This document shows, piece after piece, positions 29,401-39,859 of a DNA stretch of 64,000 bases. The DNA comes from an uncultured Erysipelotrichaceae bacterium (GTDB lineage Bacteria > Bacillota_I > Bacilli_A > RFN20 > CAG-826): positions 329-64,328 of the forward strand of contig CADBUI010000002.1 in the NCBI GenBank assembly GCA_902797855.1. The letters are read 5' to 3'. Within the stretch, counting starts at the first letter, position 1, and every line of letters begins with the position of its first letter. The notes under the pieces are model-generated. The model was not told the origin of the DNA. It saw nothing but the letters and a program-made list of their open reading frames with translations, and ran no database searches. Made by a program: the position numbers and the translations under genes.

Positions 29401-30699
29401 ATGGAAGAGAAAAAGAAAATTCTTGAAGTTAAAAACCTATGTGTCGGATTCCTTTCACATGGTAAAAAGATGAATGTTATCCGCAATATTTCCCTTGATG
29501 TATATAAAGGTGAAACATTCGCGATTGTCGGTGAATCTGGTTCAGGTAAATCAGTTTTTACAAAAACATTCACAGGCATGCTTGATTCTAACGGATTTAT
29601 TTCCGATGGAACAATCATGTACCACGGACAAGATTTAGCAAAACTAAAAACAATGAAGGATTGGATGGGAATTCGTGGAAGAAAGATCGCTACTATCTTC
29701 CAAGACCCAATGACTTCACTTAACCCACTTCTCACAATTGGTTATCAAATTGAAGAAGTGTTAATGGTTCACTCAAAACCAACTAAAGAAGAACTTGATG
29801 CTTATAAAGCGTTAAGCGATAAAGAAAAAGCAGAATTATCCGCTAACAAACCTTCTTTAGAAGAACTTGAGGAAAAATATTATAAACAAGAAATTAAATA
29901 TCTTTACGAAGGTAAAGCTAATTTCATTCAAAAATTACTCGCTAAACGAAGTGCAAAACGTCGTGCAAAACTTACCAAGAGTGGAAAACCTCATGGTATG
30001 TTACGTAGAGAAGCAACTGTTGAAGCAATTAAACTTTTAACTAAAGTTAGAATTCCTCAACCTGCTCAACGTGTCAAAGATTACCCATTCCAATATAGTG
30101 GTGGTATGAGACAAAGAGTCGTTATCGCTATCGCTTTAGCATGCCGTCCAGAAATTCTTATCTGTGATGAACCTACAACCGCTCTTGACGTTACAGTTCA
30201 ATCTCAAATCCTTGAACTTATTAAAGAACTTCAAAGAGAGTATAAATGGACTACTATCTTCATTACCCACGACTTAGGTGTCGTTGCTAATGTTGCAGAT
30301 AGAATCGCTGTTATGTATGGTGGTCAAATTGTTGAATATGGTACAGCAGAAGATATCTTCTATGAACCAGCTCACCCATATACCTGGGCGCTTCTTTCCT
30401 CGCTTCCACAACTTGGAACAAAAGAAGAACCACTTGTCTATATCAAAGGTAATCCACCAGCATTCACAAGCGAAATTATTGGAGATGCATTCGCTATTCG
30501 TAATGAATATGCAATGAAGATTGACTATGTCATGGATCCACCAATGTTTAAGATTAGTGATACTCACTATGCTAAAACATGGCTCCTTGATAAAAATGCT
30601 CCAAAAGTTAAAAAGCCAGCTATCATCGAAAACTTAAGAGAAAGGATGAAAGCTGCCGCTAAAGAACTTCAAAGAGAGGAGGCAGTCTTTAATGAATAA
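29401..30699 (+). CDS. oppD: Oligopeptide ABC ATPase
   Basis: GESGSGKS, FQDPMTSLNP, YSGGMRQR, DEPTTALD, HPYT. Confidence 0.95.
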   Translation: MEEKKKILEVKNLCVGFLSHGKKMNVIRNISLDVYKGETFAIVGESGSGKSVFTKTFTGMLDSNGFISDGTIMYHGQDLAKLKTMKDWMGIRGRKIATIFQDPMTSLNPLLTIGYQIEEVLMVHSKPTKEELDAYKALSDKEKAELSANKPSLEELEEKYYKQEIKYLYEGKANFIQKLLAKRSAKRRAKLTKSGKPHGMLRREATVEAIKLLTKVRIPQPAQRVKDYPFQYSGGMRQRVVIAIALACRPEILICDEPTTALDVTVQSQILELIKELQREYKWTTIFITHDLGVVANVADRIAVMYGGQIVEYGTAEDIFYEPAHPYTWALLSSLPQLGTKEEPLVYIKGNPPAFTSEIIGDAFAIRNEYAMKIDYVMDPPMFKISDTHYAKTWLLDKNAPKVKKPAIIENLRERMKAAAKELQREEAVFNE

Positions 30700-31810
30700 A
30701 GAAGAAACTATGGTTAGTGAAGTTTCAGAAGTTAAAGAAGATAGACTTTATATCGAAGCTGAACCAATCTATCGTCCAGAAAACGCCTCCCGTAACAACA
30801 AGAAGGGTTCTAAACTCAAAGAACACGATGGTACCTCACTTAGTACTATTAAAGGTGATAAAGAAAACATCGTAACCCTTTCCCATGTTGATATTGGTTT
30901 TAAACTTGGCACTGATTTACGTGTTGTAGTTAAAGATTTTAACCTCGCTATTAAACGAGGTGAAATTTTTGGTTTAGTTGGTGAATCCGGTTCAGGTAAA
31001 ACCACAGTTGGACGTTCTATTATGAGAATTATTCCAATCTTAGATGGTGAAATCCGTTATAATGGTCACCTCATCAGTGGTAATATCGGATCCAAACGCG
31101 CTAAAGAACTTAAAACCAAGATTCAAATGATTTTCCAAGACCCAAGTGCTTCGCTTAATGATAGAGCTAACGTTGACTATATCGTTAGTGAAGGCTTAAG
31201 AGCGTTCCATTTATATAAATCAGAAGAAGAACGCCTTGAGAAAGTCGAAAACATCATGAAACGTGTTGGACTCCGTCCAGAACATTTAAAACGTTATCCA
31301 CACGAATTTAGTGGTGGTCAAAGACAACGTATTGGAATCGCTAGATGCATGGTAGTTAATCCAGAAGTCGTCATCGCCGATGAACCTATCTCCGCCCTTG
31401 ACGTTTCTATCCGTGCTCAAGTACTTAACTTAATTAAAGAATTCCAAAAAGAAAACAATATGACAGTTATCTTTATCGCGCACGATTTAAGTGTCGTTAA
31501 ATATATCTCTGATCGTATTGGTGTTATCTATGGTGGACGTCTTGTTGAACTTGCAAGTGCGAATAGACTATTTGAAATGCCACTTCATCCATATACAAGA
31601 AGTTTGCTTTCAGCAGTCCCTATTCCAGATCCACAAGTCGAAAGATATAAAAAGGTCGTTACTTATGATCCAATGCAACACCATTATAGATGGGATGATG
31701 TACCTGATTTTTATGAAGTTGAACCAGGACACTATGTACGTTGTAACCACGCTGAACTAAAAAAATACAAAGAAATTATTTCTAAAGAAAAGAAGGGAGG
31801 CAAAAAATAA
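30692..31810 (+). CDS. oppF: Oligopeptide ABC ATPase
   Basis: GESGSGKT, FSGGQRQRIG, DEPISALDVS, HPYT. Confidence 0.95.
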   Translation: MNKEETMVSEVSEVKEDRLYIEAEPIYRPENASRNNKKGSKLKEHDGTSLSTIKGDKENIVTLSHVDIGFKLGTDLRVVVKDFNLAIKRGEIFGLVGESGSGKTTVGRSIMRIIPILDGEIRYNGHLISGNIGSKRAKELKTKIQMIFQDPSASLNDRANVDYIVSEGLRAFHLYKSEEERLEKVENIMKRVGLRPEHLKRYPHEFSGGQRQRIGIARCMVVNPEVVIADEPISALDVSIRAQVLNLIKEFQKENNMTVIFIAHDLSVVKYISDRIGVIYGGRLVELASANRLFEMPLHPYTRSLLSAVPIPDPQVERYKKVVTYDPMQHHYRWDDVPDFYEVEPGHYVRCNHAELKKYKEIISKEKKGGKK

Positions 31811-34026
31811 TGGAATACATTGAACCAAAGCCAGTGGAAGAAAAGCCACACGCTAAGCGCAATAAAATCATTATTGGATCTACTATTGCTGCCCTATCTT
31901 TAGCCGCTATTGGTGTTGGATATTATTTCCTCATTGATAAAATCTTTATGGATTTCGAGAATATTGAAATTTATGACTACTCATATAAATATGACGAAAA
32001 TAAAAATGTTATCGGAACCATTATTAATACTTTAAAAGATGACGCAGAAATTCCTGCTCACTTACGTATCCCAAGGAAACTTGGTGGCTATCCAGTTATT
32101 GAACTCGCTGCAGGTAGTTGTGAATATTTCCCAACTCTTGAAAGCGTTGATTTCCCAGACACAATTAAAACCATCGGTGCTGAAGCATTTAAAGAATGTA
32201 TTAACTTATCAAGCTTTAACGCTCCTCGTGATCTAGAAGAAATTGGTACTGATGCATTCATTGATACCAAATGGTTCGATGATCAAGAAGATGGCGAAGT
32301 CATGATTGGTAAATTCCTTTATGCATATAAAGGCGATATGGAAGAGGATACTATCTTAGTTGGTAGTGAATCTTCATCTCTTCTTGATGAATATCCAGAT
32401 GCAGATGTTATCGACTTAAGTAAATACACTCATATGTCTAATGGTGTCTTTAAAGGAAAGAGCCGTGTTCGTGCAGTTGAATATCCAACTACATTAACTA
32501 AAGTTAATAATGATACATTCGCGGATTGTTTAAATCTTGAGAAGGTTATTTTACCTGCAAACGTTACATCAATTGGTAATAACGCATTCTCAACATGCTC
32601 ACTTACTGCACTTCCAGATTTAACTCACATTTATTCAATTGGTGATAGCGCATTCGCCTTTAATAAAATTGCTGGCGAAATTACAATTCCTGAAAGTGTT
32701 CACTCTATTGGATCAAGTGTTTTTAGAAAAAACAAACAACTCACAAAAGTTACTGTTACTGATTCACTTGACACTATTCCAAGTTCCGCATTCCTTGATT
32801 GCGAAAACTTAGCACAATTTGTTTTCCCTGAAAGCGAATTTGTTCCTGGAACATCGCATATTAAATCTATTGGAGCAAGCGCATTTGAAAACACAAAGAT
32901 CGCTACATTTGATGTTCCATATAACGTTAACACAATCATGAGCCGTGCATTTGCAAAATGTAGTCTACTTACAAGTGTAAGTTTATATAACAACACAAGT
33001 GCATCTAAGTTCATCAATAGAACTGTTAACTCTGAAGGAGTTTATGGTGATTGGAGAGTTAATGAAGACACCATTCAAGGTATTACCTTATTTGGTGATA
33101 GTGTCTTTGAAGAAGATTCTTCATTAATGGAAGTTCGCTTAACTAACTCAGATGGCACTAAGACAAATGCAAACACTGTTTCTATTCCAGTAACTGTTGT
33201 TTCATTTGGTTCTCAATCCATTAGTGGTGGTTCAAAAATCTTCTATAACACAGCAATTACGGAAATTAATTTTGCTCAAAATCCAACCGCTAGTGTAGCG
33301 CCATTCTTTAGAGGACTTACCTATATCGCTCCATCACTATGTGAAAATTGTCATTCACTTACAAAAATAATTATTCCTGAAAATTCACTTATTACATCAA
33401 TCCGTTCTGCAGCATTTAAAAATTGCAATAGCCTAGTTAACGTTACAATTCCTGCTTCAGTTAGCTCAATTGGTGACGCAGTATTTGAAGGATGTGGAAA
33501 TTTAGGAAGCGGACTTGTGTTTGCAAGTGGATTTAACACAACAAGCTTCAAAGCTTATTCATTCAAAGGGACTGCAATTGCTAGTGTAACAGCACCTGTT
33601 TCACTTGCAGATATTGAAACTAGCGCTTTTGAAGGATGTACATTCTTAACTAGCTTTGATTTAACTTACACAACTGGTTTAGCAACCATTGGTGATAGCG
33701 CGTTTAAAGGATGCTCTTCACTTTCATCCTTACAACTACATCAATCAATTACTCGTATTGGTGCTAGTGCATTTGAAGGTTGTTCATCACTTACTTCATT
33801 ATTCTTAAGTGTAAACATTGCTAACCTTCCAAATGCGGTGTTTAAAGGATGCTCATCCTTAGATACCTTAGTGCTCACTGCTCCAAGTGTTGTTACTATT
33901 GGCAATGAAGCTTTAGATGGTTGTACTTCATTAACAAAGATTAAAGTTCCTAACGAGTTGGTCGATGCTTATAAAGCATCATCTCAATGGGGTACTTATA
34001 CTATCGAAGCAATTCCTGGTGAATAA
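31810..34026 (+). CDS. Membrane-anchored BspA/TpLRR (LRR_5) surface protein
   Basis: N-terminal TM; many IG..AF..C..L..I.IP repeats; TAATG overlap with oppF. Confidence 0.9.
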   Translation: MEYIEPKPVEEKPHAKRNKIIIGSTIAALSLAAIGVGYYFLIDKIFMDFENIEIYDYSYKYDENKNVIGTIINTLKDDAEIPAHLRIPRKLGGYPVIELAAGSCEYFPTLESVDFPDTIKTIGAEAFKECINLSSFNAPRDLEEIGTDAFIDTKWFDDQEDGEVMIGKFLYAYKGDMEEDTILVGSESSSLLDEYPDADVIDLSKYTHMSNGVFKGKSRVRAVEYPTTLTKVNNDTFADCLNLEKVILPANVTSIGNNAFSTCSLTALPDLTHIYSIGDSAFAFNKIAGEITIPESVHSIGSSVFRKNKQLTKVTVTDSLDTIPSSAFLDCENLAQFVFPESEFVPGTSHIKSIGASAFENTKIATFDVPYNVNTIMSRAFAKCSLLTSVSLYNNTSASKFINRTVNSEGVYGDWRVNEDTIQGITLFGDSVFEEDSSLMEVRLTNSDGTKTNANTVSIPVTVVSFGSQSISGGSKIFYNTAITEINFAQNPTASVAPFFRGLTYIAPSLCENCHSLTKIIIPENSLITSIRSAAFKNCNSLVNVTIPASVSSIGDAVFEGCGNLGSGLVFASGFNTTSFKAYSFKGTAIASVTAPVSLADIETSAFEGCTFLTSFDLTYTTGLATIGDSAFKGCSSLSSLQLHQSITRIGASAFEGCSSLTSLFLSVNIANLPNAVFKGCSSLDTLVLTAPSVVTIGNEALDGCTSLTKIKVPNELVDAYKASSQWGTYTIEAIPGE

Positions 34027-34037
34027 AAAGCAAAACA

Positions 34038-34072
34038 AAAAAGATTCGGAATCAAAAACCCGAATCTTTTAT
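34038..34072. terminator. Bidirectional terminator
   Basis: AAAGATTCGG...CCGAATCTTT flanked by A and T tracts between convergent genes. Confidence 0.75.
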
Positions 34073-35568
34073 TTTTTGTATCGACTAAGCATCGCTTTAA
34101 ATAGTTTTTCTTTACTTATAAATAATAATAATAAATAGATAACAATATCGATTGATAACATTATTAATATTTCAAAGATGTAACTGAGTTCAAGAGAGTT
34201 ATTCGCGTTAAATAATGCTTTAAATATTACGTCTCCAAGGAAATATGTCACTACTGCGATTAGACCTGAAATAATAAGTAATTTAAGGTTATTTAGATTA
34301 AGTAGTAACGCTTTACTATCATTCCAAGTTAAAGCAAATAAAGTAACTAATACAATTAAATCAGATATTGAAGTAGCAACACTAACTCCAATAGCAGGAT
34401 TATCTTTAAAGATAACTAGTCCAAATAAAAGTGATAGTCCGATATTTAACAAAGCTCCACCAAGCATTGAGAATAGATAATATTTTTCTTTCTTTTGAGG
34501 GATTAATATTTGGGTATAAATCACGAATGAAAGTGAATATGTAAGCATTAATGATGAAAGCACCATTAAAATAACATTTGCATTTATATATTGATCGACT
34601 GTACTTCCAGAGAATAATGATGTGATAGGAGTGGCTAATGTCGTCATCATTGCAATCGCAGGAAGCACGATAAATAAAGCAATATTAAATGAATATTTAT
34701 TTAGATTAGCGAATTGTTTCTCATCATTTTTTTGATAATAGTAGGTCGCTCTTGGAATGAAGACAATTGATAAGCTAGTGATAATTCCGATGATAATTTC
34801 AACACCTTTCATACCGACCGAATATGAACCAACAGAGCGTTTGGATTCATCAATAAGTCCAAGAATAAATGTATCGGTTTTGTCATATATAGCGACCACA
34901 ATTGATATTAAAAATAACATTGAAAGTATTGGAAGATATTGTTTGAAATTATATTTTCCAACTTTCTTAAATCTCGTTATAGCAGGTAGATAACAAAGAT
35001 TTGAAATAACAATTAATACTGTTCCAAGAATTGAAATAAATGCATATAAATAGATGTGACCTGGATTCTTCACGAATACAAAAATTAATATGTCACTAAG
35101 CGCATAGACGATGATTGATCTAACCGACATATAAATATGTTTTTCAAATGCAGTGAAGACCCATTCAAAAGACATAACTCCAACAAGGAAATTTAAACTT
35201 AGGATGAATGCGAGGGACTGATAATCTGTACTTGATGTAAATGATGGAAGCGAAAAGACAAGAGCGCTCATTAATCCAAAGGAAATAAGTGTCATCACAG
35301 CTTGAATTATGAATAACTCCTGAATCTTCATTGATAATTTTTCAGGATCATTTTTAACTTTAACGCATTCTCTAACCGCAATGTTTGGAATTGAGATTCT
35401 CGCTAGAATGAAAAAATAATAGATGAATGCTGATACCCATGAATAGACACCCATTTGAGCATCGCCAAGAATTCGACAAACATATGGGAAAGTCACAAGT
35501 GACAATATCGTCATTGTGATGGTGCGGATAATATTAACGACAACTGAGGTGTTTATATTGTTCTTCAT
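34069..35568 (-). CDS. Wzx-type polysaccharide flippase
   Basis: TFPYVCRILG, DKTDTFILG, VGSYSVG, VFIPR; about 12-14 TM. Confidence 0.88.
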   Translation of the reverse strand: MKNNINTSVVVNIIRTITMTILSLVTFPYVCRILGDAQMGVYSWVSAFIYYFFILARISIPNIAVRECVKVKNDPEKLSMKIQELFIIQAVMTLISFGLMSALVFSLPSFTSSTDYQSLAFILSLNFLVGVMSFEWVFTAFEKHIYMSVRSIIVYALSDILIFVFVKNPGHIYLYAFISILGTVLIVISNLCYLPAITRFKKVGKYNFKQYLPILSMLFLISIVVAIYDKTDTFILGLIDESKRSVGSYSVGMKGVEIIIGIITSLSIVFIPRATYYYQKNDEKQFANLNKYSFNIALFIVLPAIAMMTTLATPITSLFSGSTVDQYINANVILMVLSSLMLTYSLSFVIYTQILIPQKKEKYYLFSMLGGALLNIGLSLLFGLVIFKDNPAIGVSVATSISDLIVLVTLFALTWNDSKALLLNLNNLKLLIISGLIAVVTYFLGDVIFKALFNANNSLELSYIFEILIMLSIDIVIYLLLLFISKEKLFKAMLSRYKK

Positions 35569-35710
35569 AAGCGCTTAATCATTATAAATATTTTTTTCAC
35601 CTATTCAAATGGTGAAAAACTAATTTATATATATTAACTAGTCAATAATATATTTATATATTAGTAAGCCATCTAAAATGTTTAACAAAATAATTGTTAA
35701 ATAATATATA

Positions 35711-36910
35711 ATGTATCAAGAAATGAAGATTCTTATTGTTTCGCAATTTTATTATCCAGAAAGATTCTCAGTTGACCAAGTTGCGAGTCAACTTGTTTCT
35801 TTAGGCCATGAAGTTCAAGTTATTACTGGCGTGCCTAACTATGGATTTGGAAGAAAACTAAAAGAATATAAACATGTTCATGATGAAGTAATTGATGGAG
35901 TGAAGGTTCACCGTGTTAATTTATTTGCAAGAAAGAAAACACATTTAAGTGTTTATTTAAATTACTTAAGCTTCTGGAAAAACGCCAAGCGATATGTAGG
36001 TAAAATCAAAGAAAAATTTGATGTAGTTTTATCTTTTTCGTTGTCGCCTGTTATTTCAATCGCTCCAGCAATAAAATATGCAAAGAAATGGAACGTTCCA
36101 CATGTTTTAATGTGTGAAGATCTCTGGCCAGAATCAACTGTTGTGACCGGAGCAGTTAGAAAGAATTCATTAACATATAAAATCCTTTATAAATGGAGTG
36201 TTTCCTTATACAAAAACTGCGATAAAATTTTGATTTCATCTCCATCGTTTGAAGAATATTTTAAAAATGAACTTAAAATTAACGATAAAAAGTTTGTTTA
36301 CATTAATCAACCAATCCTAAAAAGCCAAAAGAAGCTAGAACCTGTTGTTTTTTCTAGTAAATACAATATTGTTTATGCTGGAAACATTGGTAAACTCCAG
36401 CTCACAGACAAACTATTAGACGCTATGAAACTACTTAAAGATGTAGATGTTACTCTTCACCTTTCAGGAATGGGTAGCGAACTTGATCATATCTTAAAAA
36501 GAATTAGAGAAGAAGACCTTATAGATAAAGTTAAATATAACGGGGCTCTTCCAATTGAAAAATGCGAAAGATATTTCTTTAACGCAGATGCATTAATTGT
36601 TGCTCTTAAAAGTGGTGGAGTAGTGGGTAAAACTATTCCAAATAAAGCCATCCAATATATGTCTTATGGTAAACCAATTCTAGGTATTATTTCTGGAGAC
36701 GGAAAAGATTTATTAGCTCAGGCTAAAGGAACAATCTTCTCAAGTGAAGATCCTAAAGAGATTGCTAAAGCAATAAAAGAAATCTGCTCTTTAGAAGAAA
36801 AAGAAAAAGTTAGACTTGGAACAAATAATAAGAACTATTTTGAAACAAATCTAACTACTGAAAAATTAACTTATTTATTAAGCGAAGAATTGATTGATTC
36901 AATAAAGTGA
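35711..36910 (+). CDS. GT4 glycosyltransferase (WbuB/Cap5L-like)
   Basis: KILIVSQFYYPE, TGVPNY, DLWPES, YAGNIGK.Q, TIPNK..YM..GKPI; alternative start at 35723. Confidence 0.9.
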   Translation: MYQEMKILIVSQFYYPERFSVDQVASQLVSLGHEVQVITGVPNYGFGRKLKEYKHVHDEVIDGVKVHRVNLFARKKTHLSVYLNYLSFWKNAKRYVGKIKEKFDVVLSFSLSPVISIAPAIKYAKKWNVPHVLMCEDLWPESTVVTGAVRKNSLTYKILYKWSVSLYKNCDKILISSPSFEEYFKNELKINDKKFVYINQPILKSQKKLEPVVFSSKYNIVYAGNIGKLQLTDKLLDAMKLLKDVDVTLHLSGMGSELDHILKRIREEDLIDKVKYNGALPIEKCERYFFNADALIVALKSGGVVGKTIPNKAIQYMSYGKPILGIISGDGKDLLAQAKGTIFSSEDPKEIAKAIKEICSLEEKEKVRLGTNNKNYFETNLTTEKLTYLLSEELIDSIK

Positions 36911-38043
36911 GTCATTCCTTCTCCTTGGTTTCTTAGACCATAAAGTTCATATACTTTAAGGCGAGCACTTGTTGCTTGCTTTTTTAATTCTTTATAGTCA
37001 TATTCTGAAATTGATTCGATAGCTCTTTCTAAGCCTCTTTCACTATCATCTTCAACCCATATGGCATCGATTGTGAATATTTCGTGAAGTTTGGTATGCA
37101 TTGTGGACATTGTTGGCGCACCACTAGCGAAATATTCAAGTAATTTTGATGGAACAGATTCTCTATCCATTCTATAAGAATATGGTCTTGGATTAATATT
37201 CACTAAAGCGTTTTGTTCAAGTCCATATAAAGTCTTTTTATCAAGCATGGATAAATATAAAATTCTTCTATCCTTTTCGGTCATATCAAAGATATATTTT
37301 CTAAGTTCACCATCACCCGCTAAAACGAGTTTATATGGAGATGATGATTTATGGAATGCATCAATGAGGCGTTTAACACCAAATCTTTCACTAAGAGCGC
37401 CTCCAAAGAATAGATAATCACCAATTGGTAATTTCTTAACGGGTTCGAAATCTTCAACTAGACCTTCAAGGATATAAGAAGGTTTATTCATTGTGTTAAA
37501 CACTCTATTAAGCCCTTCGGAAAGAAGGATATAACCATCATAATTTGAGGCGTGAGATCTAATACTTCTAATGTATGAGCTACTTGCGGATGAAATATTC
37601 GCTGGGTTATCAGTAACTACACCAATAACAGTTGCGTTATATTTTTTAGCAATCTTGTTAGCAGCTTTCACTAAAGAATAACGAAGAGTGTCGACAACTA
37701 AAGTGAATTTGGAATAATGTTGTTCATTAACAATCTTATCGACAGTTGAGACAATCTCATCAACTTGATGGAACATCTTAAAAGATGAAGTTGCTTTAAT
37801 ATATGGATAATAATAACGAGTTGTTCCGTCACTAGATTCACTTTCGTTTAAGAAATTTTCATCAAACATTCCTTTAACAAATGGTCTTAAAGAAACAACA
37901 CTAACGTTGTTATTAGTGGTTAAGGCTTTTATTAATTTAGAATAAAAATTCTGATTGCTAGGATTAGGCTTAATTCTCGCTTTACTAGCAAAAGAATTGA
38001 ATTCTTCATCAATCATTGAACTGGTTAAGACAATTAAATTCAT
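36871..38043 (-). CDS. GT4 glycosyltransferase
   Basis: FGGALSERFGV, AGDG, INPRP...SVPSKLLEYFASG. Confidence 0.85.
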   Translation of the reverse strand: MNLIVLTSSMIDEEFNSFASKARIKPNPSNQNFYSKLIKALTTNNNVSVVSLRPFVKGMFDENFLNESESSDGTTRYYYPYIKATSSFKMFHQVDEIVSTVDKIVNEQHYSKFTLVVDTLRYSLVKAANKIAKKYNATVIGVVTDNPANISSASSSYIRSIRSHASNYDGYILLSEGLNRVFNTMNKPSYILEGLVEDFEPVKKLPIGDYLFFGGALSERFGVKRLIDAFHKSSSPYKLVLAGDGELRKYIFDMTEKDRRILYLSMLDKKTLYGLEQNALVNINPRPYSYRMDRESVPSKLLEYFASGAPTMSTMHTKLHEIFTIDAIWVEDDSERGLERAIESISEYDYKELKKQATSARLKVYELYGLRNQGEGMTHFIESINSSLNK

Positions 38044-39134
38044 TTTGTAGCCTCTTTAATAATATCTAGATGGTTTCTAACCATCTTCTCATAAGTGTTT
38101 TCCCTAGCAATAGCAGTCGATTCTTTAAATAAATCGTGGGATAAAACATAGTTTATAGCATTATTTAATGATTTAGAATCAATATCTTCTAAAATTAACT
38201 CTTTCGCTTCATTTTTTTCTAAATGAAGAGCGCTGTTAACGTTATTACCTGAGATAACTGGAAGGCCTTGCGATAATGCTTCATTTACAACATGACCATA
38301 GATATCTTCTTTGCTTGGGAAAATAAATGCATCACTAATTCGATAATATTTAAAAATCTCTTCTCTATTTAAATAACCAAGTAACTTCACATTAGTGATT
38401 TTGTTTTCGCTTATGTAAGCTTCAATCTGTGGTTTTTGTTTTCCACTTCCAATAATTAAAAGTGTGTTCGACACTGGTTGATCTTTCCATAGCTCAACAA
38501 GTTTTAAATAGTTCTTTCTTTCAATTAATTGTCCGCATGAAACAAAGATGTTATCTCCAGTTACGTCAAGCTCTTTACGAAGATTTTCTCTTTCTTCTTT
38601 AGATAGCTTTTTATCTAAAACTTCGTGATCATATATTGTTGCATATGGATAGTTATAAATCTTTGATTTATCCGCGCCATAATAGACAAGATATTCATTA
38701 CTTCTTTCATCTGGAGAGAAATAAAATTTCGCGCCTGAAATATATTTAGTTTTTAGATTCTTTTTCCATTTGCTTTCTTTATGGTTAATGATTCCACCAT
38801 TAATGTATAAAGCATATTCTTTGTTATGTTTCTTAAGATACTTAATCGCTTTTAATTCAGGGATATTTGAATAACCATTCATAATAATGAGATCATATGT
38901 ATTTTTCTTGATGTGCTTAGTAACACCATTAGAAATCATATTCTCATTACCGAGTTTGATTCCTTTTATAAATATGGATTTGAAATTGTATTTATTTTTA
39001 GAATAGAAATCTTTCTCTCTATCTTTATTTTTGTTGCGTTCAAAAATGACTGTTAAATCTATGTGTTTGGATAGTTCATTAAATAGTTGAACTTTATAAG
39101 GCGCTGGATGATTAAATACAAATAGAACCTTCAT
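38040..39134 (-). CDS. GT4 glycosyltransferase
   Basis: PAPYK, GQLIERKN, FPSKEDIYGHVVNEALSQGLPVI. Confidence 0.9.
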   Translation of the reverse strand: MKVLFVFNHPAPYKVQLFNELSKHIDLTVIFERNKNKDREKDFYSKNKYNFKSIFIKGIKLGNENMISNGVTKHIKKNTYDLIIMNGYSNIPELKAIKYLKKHNKEYALYINGGIINHKESKWKKNLKTKYISGAKFYFSPDERSNEYLVYYGADKSKIYNYPYATIYDHEVLDKKLSKEERENLRKELDVTGDNIFVSCGQLIERKNYLKLVELWKDQPVSNTLLIIGSGKQKPQIEAYISENKITNVKLLGYLNREEIFKYYRISDAFIFPSKEDIYGHVVNEALSQGLPVISGNNVNSALHLEKNEAKELILEDIDSKSLNNAINYVLSHDLFKESTAIARENTYEKMVRNHLDIIKEATK

Positions 39135-39187
39135 AATAATAACAATTATACATTGTTAACTAACTTATTCAAAACTATAATAACTAT

Positions 39188-39844
39188 ATGAAATCTTGGA
39201 ATAAGTTTTTTGAAATAGTTAAAAGTAAAGAATATTCAAAAACTCTAAAAGATTTTTTGGACTATGAATATTCTCACTACGAAATATATCCACCTCGAAA
39301 GGATATGTTTAAAGCTTTTGAATTAACTCCAAGTGAGAACGTTAAAGTTGTTATTATTGGACAAGATCCATATCATGAACCAAACCAAGCGATGGGATTA
39401 TCTTTTTCTGTTCCATCATCCACAGTTGTGCCACCAAGTTTAGTGAACATCTTTAAAGAACTTAAAAATGATTTAAATCTCGATATGAAAAATAATGGAG
39501 ATTTAACATATCTTGCTAAGCAAGGAGTGTTTCTTATTAACGCCTATTTAACTGTTAGAGCTCACCAAGCTTTATCTCACAAAAGAAAAGAATATGACGA
39601 GTTCATGAAGGATTTAATTATTTATTTAAATTCACTTGATCAACCTATTGTATTTATGCTTTGGGGGAACTTCGCAAAGCAATACGAAAAATATTTAAAT
39701 AATCCAAATCATCTAATTTTAAAAAGCGTTCACCCTTCTCCACTAGGCGCAAATCATGGAGGGTGGTTTAACCTTCATCAATTCTCGCGTTGTAATGAAT
39801 TTCTTTCTTCTAAAGGTGTCTCTCCTATTGATTGGCAAAATTAG
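39188..39844 (+). CDS. ung: Uracil-DNA glycosylase
   Basis: GQDPYH, GLSFSV, PPSL.NI, HPSPL. Confidence 0.97.
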   Translation: MKSWNKFFEIVKSKEYSKTLKDFLDYEYSHYEIYPPRKDMFKAFELTPSENVKVVIIGQDPYHEPNQAMGLSFSVPSSTVVPPSLVNIFKELKNDLNLDMKNNGDLTYLAKQGVFLINAYLTVRAHQALSHKRKEYDEFMKDLIIYLNSLDQPIVFMLWGNFAKQYEKYLNNPNHLILKSVHPSPLGANHGGWFNLHQFSRCNEFLSSKGVSPIDWQN

Positions 39845-39859
39845 AAGAATATAATTAAT

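Noticed and set aside
24610-31810. Link between the opp operon and TnpB as an oppF-associated nuclease-dead TldR system
   Set aside because: The TnpB is about 32 kb away, keeps the RuvC-III Asp and an IS right end, and I saw no match of its predicted guide in the oppA promoter.
34117-34126. TATAAATAAT match to the first 10 nt of the predicted TnpB guide inside wzx
   Set aside because: A 10-nt all-AT match is expected by chance, and the TAM is unknown.
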